DNA of 57,078 nt from a virus (Duplodnaviria > Caudoviricetes). The stretch covers positions 1-57,078 of IMG/VR virus record IMGVR_UViG_3300044641_001763, one strand, 5' to 3'. This document shows positions 55,301 through 57,078 of the stretch, one piece after another (within the stretch, counting starts at the first letter, position 1; each line of letters opens with the position of its first letter). A model generated the notes under the pieces. The model saw only the letters and a program-made list of their open reading frames with translations. It was not told where the DNA came from and made no database searches. The position numbers and the translations under genes are program-made.

Positions 55301-56714
55301 GCAGGGGCAAGATCTTCAGTCTGCGATTACGAACGTTGGGTCTGAGATGGCGCAACGTATTGCAGAAAGCGAGCAAGGTCTTCGTACTGCTATTGGTCAA
55401 CTTGGGGCTGATGTTCAAGGCCGGTTTGACCAGATGTCGGACGCGCAGAAGGCCGAGGTGGCTGCTCGGGTGCAGCAGGGACAGGACTTGCGCGGCGCAA
55501 TTGACAACGTTGGCCAGCAGACGACTCAACAGATTGCTGCGTCAGAAGCAGCGATGCGTCAGGCTATTGGGCAACTGGGTACTGACGTTCAAACCCAATT
55601 TGGGCAGATGTCAGCAGCTCAACAGGCAGAGGTTGCTGCTCGAGTTCAACAAGGACAAGATTTAAGCGCTGCCATTCAGAATGTTGGTCAGCAAACAACG
55701 CAGCAAATTGCGGCGAGTGAAACTGCTTTGAAGGGTCAAATTTCTTCGCTTGGCGAAGATATGCAAAAGCAGTTCAACGCGATGAACGAGTCGCAACAAA
55801 CTCAGTTCAATTCAATGAACGAGGCGCAACAAGCAGAAGTCGCTGCACGCGTTCAGCAAGGCGAGACTCTTGACTCGGCCATCAAAACAGTGGGCCTCCA
55901 AGTTACGGAACTTGGAGAAAAGCTGACTACGGATGTTCAAGACATCCGTAAGACGATGGAAGAGGAAAACAAGCGCAAGCAAGCTGCGGATCGGGCTTCC
56001 GCAGCAAAAACGCAGCAAGAGCAGTTACTTCAAAAGGCCCAGCAAAACATCGCGGTTCCTGGCGCTGGAGGAGCAACTGGAGGAACAGAAGCTCCGACGC
56101 CCTCTCCGCAATTCAGGCAGGCTTTGACGACCGGGCAAGGTCAAGAAGCTAAGTTTGAGGGGCCGCTCGAGGAATTTTTGAAGAAGGTCGAGACGACTTC
56201 GTACACGCAACCGGCGGGACAAGCTATGCAACAGCCGCAACAACAAGTAACCCAGCAGCCGCAGGCCACGCAAGTGGCGCAGCAGCAAGGGCCAAACTAC
56301 TACTCATATGGCGTGTTCAACGAGATCGATTCGATCTTGAACCCGCTACAGAACATCATGCCTACGATGTTTGCCAAGGAGGGTGGCTTGGCTGCGCCGT
56401 TGATGGCAAAAGGTGGCTTGAATGTTGTGCATCATTCAGGCAAGCCTCGATTGGATTTTCGACAGGGTGCGGCGGTCAGTGGACCCGGTGATGGGCAGTC
56501 GGACGACATCCCTGCAATGTTGGCTGATGGGGAGTTTGTGTTCCCCGCTGATGTTGTTGCTGCTTTGGGGAATGGATCAACCAAGGCAGGAAGCGATAAA
56601 CTATACGACATGATGCATTCAATCCGGTCGTACCATCGATCGGCAAAACCGCAGGATTTGCCCCCGCCTGCTAAGAAGTCCCCGTTGGATTATTTGAAAA
56701 AGGCTAGGAGATAG
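49308..56714 (+). CDS. 2468-aa internal virion/ejection protein with long helical repeats and tape-measure-like C-terminal motif
   Basis: Hydrophobic N-terminus; PVTP linker; 62/69-aa and 58-aa repeats; GPGDGQSDDIPAMLADGEFV. Confidence 0.75.
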   Translation: MGWARKELGIELNPFRVAESALNKIGNTITAIMNNPIPAILQVAGAMIGIPPYVTAAAVTAVQGGDFEDIAKAVAVSYVTTEFLQNTQIGADIRNYTSNLIAGDVTDYMIENFDISMDQAVTVAKMTTAAVNGAVVGGIRSTLLGDSIATGMAQGFSQGLVYSGVDSYFDDLNKDPNWGLGPKTLNLVKGATSTALNTLISGKGDPGAAIGNYLAYATLKIGASEAKTAFQRAYDEYTGKTDEARNAQAAFVNTRAEYDSEVRRHDMIADEIRQQAAAHNDILTNQLAPIRAQLEKEQAEVEMQQIFQKDALKTFEDNKWAYENYDAKLKQLGYQLVSVPSSEGGGNYDTYWVKQTGTQMVPQSYNDGDYTTVSMVEVPIIDYNVSPPSQESFAVAANAAGAQANNHYTLAQQAADRYKAVAQSEQTNNLLVQLEAIKTEIGQKTATLSTIRQNIETPKDGNLAERLKVAAERYDNKYNLYKSSEEATKRAAENYNRIMAEVVVRDATIDAINEGAITVTGRNADGSFTLDNGFTVKDGKFFQNNEQLFTNAAGLSQNVLELATPDGQVTRYGMDAGRQLSTTDVQNIFKRDYGLNVSLDEARRFAGSAFDKVENAKLQDFAIDKISQEFKSITNKDLSAAQAKELLVQQDSVKAAQERAIIESNLYVPSGEAQDRIAFAKAAAEAQRQGKDRFSFTRSDGQVEDHFIETNAQRAAAQERAVIETALTEQVAGSTIQPQNSFRESAARELLESYKNQGLSPQEIDQKLSSGQAAKDLNEVLNVKQQQIEQQKTNVESAEKEFGRNSAEAKDAYREVVENMADYGGYGYEKNEDGTISHKDLGKLDPETLVPVDRSKSWTDPVTGKLHIEITGVGSDEKIPAKDVSALWGIGKSGNPPTIGGEAIFGDGSGVSPGSPGLTLIAVDDGSGDANAKMFDVGNGFALIAYSDGRTKLVKNDGTVFFVDTEDAKKAMEKMPVVTAPTIAIDGGKKEETPLEKGLGEFYKVLTDPQLADKLYPKTPEQPTVPAPVTPTPVTPPGTPEAPVTPPVTPETPVTPPVTPETPVTPPVTPVTPPVTPETPVTSPVTPSNEVEQLRQQLTQQIQAAQATGKADVEAVQQAVNTVAANLGTTKEELLQRLGTSETQLRTDITSQVGGVENRLTQAINQAKQSGLDGDAALQAAITKVSGDLGTTKTDLLSQLRKTEEQLRADVASQVSGVQTQIGGVESRLSEAITQAKAAGMQGDQALQSAIDKVAGDVGTTKADLLGQLGKTEQQLRSDFASQLGGVQAQIGNVESRLTDAIAQARSAGLEGDQALQVAINKVSSDVGLTKTDLLAQLGKTEQQLRSDLSSQIGGVESRLTDAIAQARQSGMAGDAALQASIDKVAAEAGLTKEQLLTQLGKTEAQLRQDVGAQIGGVESRLTEAIAQARQSGLDGEAALQIGLNKVASDLNITKDLVLEQVGKTESQLRTDFAEQLGGVQLQIEKVQSDLNKAIADAKSAGASDVEAVRNAVNQVATDLGTNSTALLYQLGTTETQLRSEMRSGQEATQEQIRELGSVFMQQYDALSAAQKQQFDALVEQGANMQTAMNTIQADIQSELQNVESRLTSAVAANEAAGLSRDQALTKAIGDVAANVGLTKEDLLSRMGQSEAALREQFAAGQTQTQQQIANLDASTQAKFAQMSEAQKAQALQLAQTSGDLTAAINNVAATTTAQIGNVETRLKEAMAANEAAGLSRDQAAAKAIDDVAASVGSTKADLLSQLGKTEETIRGELAAGLAGVQTGLEQQLAGVQSRLNEAIAANEAAGLSRDQAIAKSIQDVASNLGVTKDALLAQMGTTEQTLRGELAAGLQATQQQLSQQMQAQYQQLTEAQKAEVDARVRQGQDLTAAITAVGAQTASQIAQTEAALRESIQQLGTDVQGQFNQMSESQKAEVAARVQQGQDLNAAIQNVSQQTSQQIAASEASLQAAIGQLGTNVQQQFSQMDAAQKAEVVARVQQGQDLQSAITNVGSEMAQRIAESEQGLRTAIGQLGADVQGRFDQMSDAQKAEVAARVQQGQDLRGAIDNVGQQTTQQIAASEAAMRQAIGQLGTDVQTQFGQMSAAQQAEVAARVQQGQDLSAAIQNVGQQTTQQIAASETALKGQISSLGEDMQKQFNAMNESQQTQFNSMNEAQQAEVAARVQQGETLDSAIKTVGLQVTELGEKLTTDVQDIRKTMEEENKRKQAADRASAAKTQQEQLLQKAQQNIAVPGAGGATGGTEAPTPSPQFRQALTTGQGQEAKFEGPLEEFLKKVETTSYTQPAGQAMQQPQQQVTQQPQATQVAQQQGPNYYSYGVFNEIDSILNPLQNIMPTMFAKEGGLAAPLMAKGGLNVVHHSGKPRLDFRQGAAVSGPGDGQSDDIPAMLADGEFVFPADVVAALGNGSTKAGSDKLYDMMHSIRSYHRSAKPQDLPPPAKKSPLDYLKKARR
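52387..52569 (+). repeat. PVTP/PETPVTP-coding tandem repeat
   Basis: About 10 degenerate PVTP units. Confidence 0.85.
54924..55870 (+). repeat. 174-bp (58-aa) tandem repeats
   Basis: QxAEV.ARV.QG at 54924, 55098, 55272, 55446, 55620, then 55827. Confidence 0.85.
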
Positions 56715-56716
56715 TC

Positions 56717-57078
56717 ATGGCCATCACTCAAGGCGATCCGTTGCCAAGTATTACGACAACGGACACTAAGACCGAAACCGCACCGGAGTATTACACCGAC
56801 TATCTGACAAGTCTGTCTAACGCGGCATCAACCGCGATGCAAAGACCGGCATCACAAGCAATTGCCGGTTACGACACGTTGCAAACTCAGGGCTATGGAG
56901 CGTTGCCAGCGGCAGCAACTTCATATAAGACTGCTCTGCAATCCGCTCAAGATACTCTTGGGAGTGCCGCACAAGGGGTAACAGGTTCTCGGATTCAGGA
57001 GTTGATGAATCCGTACACCGATACTGTAGTCAACGAGATGGAGCGGCTGCAACAGCAGGCCATGCAAAGGTCGTTGTT
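56717..57078 (+). CDS. N-terminal part of DNA ejection/pilot protein (continues at 138-888)
   Basis: AGGAG RBS, ATG 56717, open to window end and in frame with ORF 61-888. Confidence 0.8.
   Translation, partial: MAITQGDPLPSITTTDTKTETAPEYYTDYLTSLSNAASTAMQRPASQAIAGYDTLQTQGYGALPAAATSYKTALQSAQDTLGSAAQGVTGSRIQELMNPYTDTVVNEMERLQQQAMQRSL
56953..57078 (+). repeat. 126-bp terminal direct repeat, copy 2
   Basis: Identical to 12-137. Confidence 0.95.

Larger units (their letters stand above)
1..57078. mobile_element. Complete circularly permuted Caudoviricetes phage genome, podovirus-like, probably lytic
   Basis: Terminase, portal, capsid, nozzle, ejection and lysis genes in phage order; terminal 126-bp overlap closes the circle in-frame; no integrase or CI seen. 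Confidence 0.93.

Noticed and set aside
1-57078. Stop-codon reassignment or intron/intein interruptions
   Set aside because: Genes tile densely under the standard code, and terminase, portal and capsid appear uninterrupted

Overview
The window is an apparently complete, circularly permuted tailed-phage genome of about 56,941 bp unique length. Positions 12-137 repeat exactly at 56953-57078, and one gene reads through the junction. The layout is podovirus-like: DNA-ejection proteins (incl. a lytic transglycosylase), a short leftward recombination operon, Cro-like and DUF1376 replication genes, RusA/Ref nucleases and a run of small early genes. These are followed by terminase, two large accessory proteins, portal, GroES, scaffold, capsid, neck/tail-fibre genes, a GH108 lysin, nozzle and a 2468-aa repeat-rich virion protein. 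I saw no integrase, CI repressor, DNA polymerase, reverse transcriptase, tRNA or CRISPR array. The most notable observations are: (1) a recurring [MYFLK]-x-x-G-G-x-[VA] motif that punctuates five late proteins and appears to delimit domains, suggesting a di-glycine polyprotein-processing or capsid-cargo-tagging system; (2) a type II hammerhead-ribozyme-like element at about 14945-14998 in the early region; (3) a promoter-driven C4-like antisense RNA plus a further ~300-nt structured non-coding tract sitting between the two halves of a split replication initiator; (4) micro-repeat-bounded early-gene cassettes; (5) a ferritin-like dimetal enzyme and a Rap1a-like immunity protein in unexpected places. 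All product calls come from motif recognition and gene order; no database search was run.
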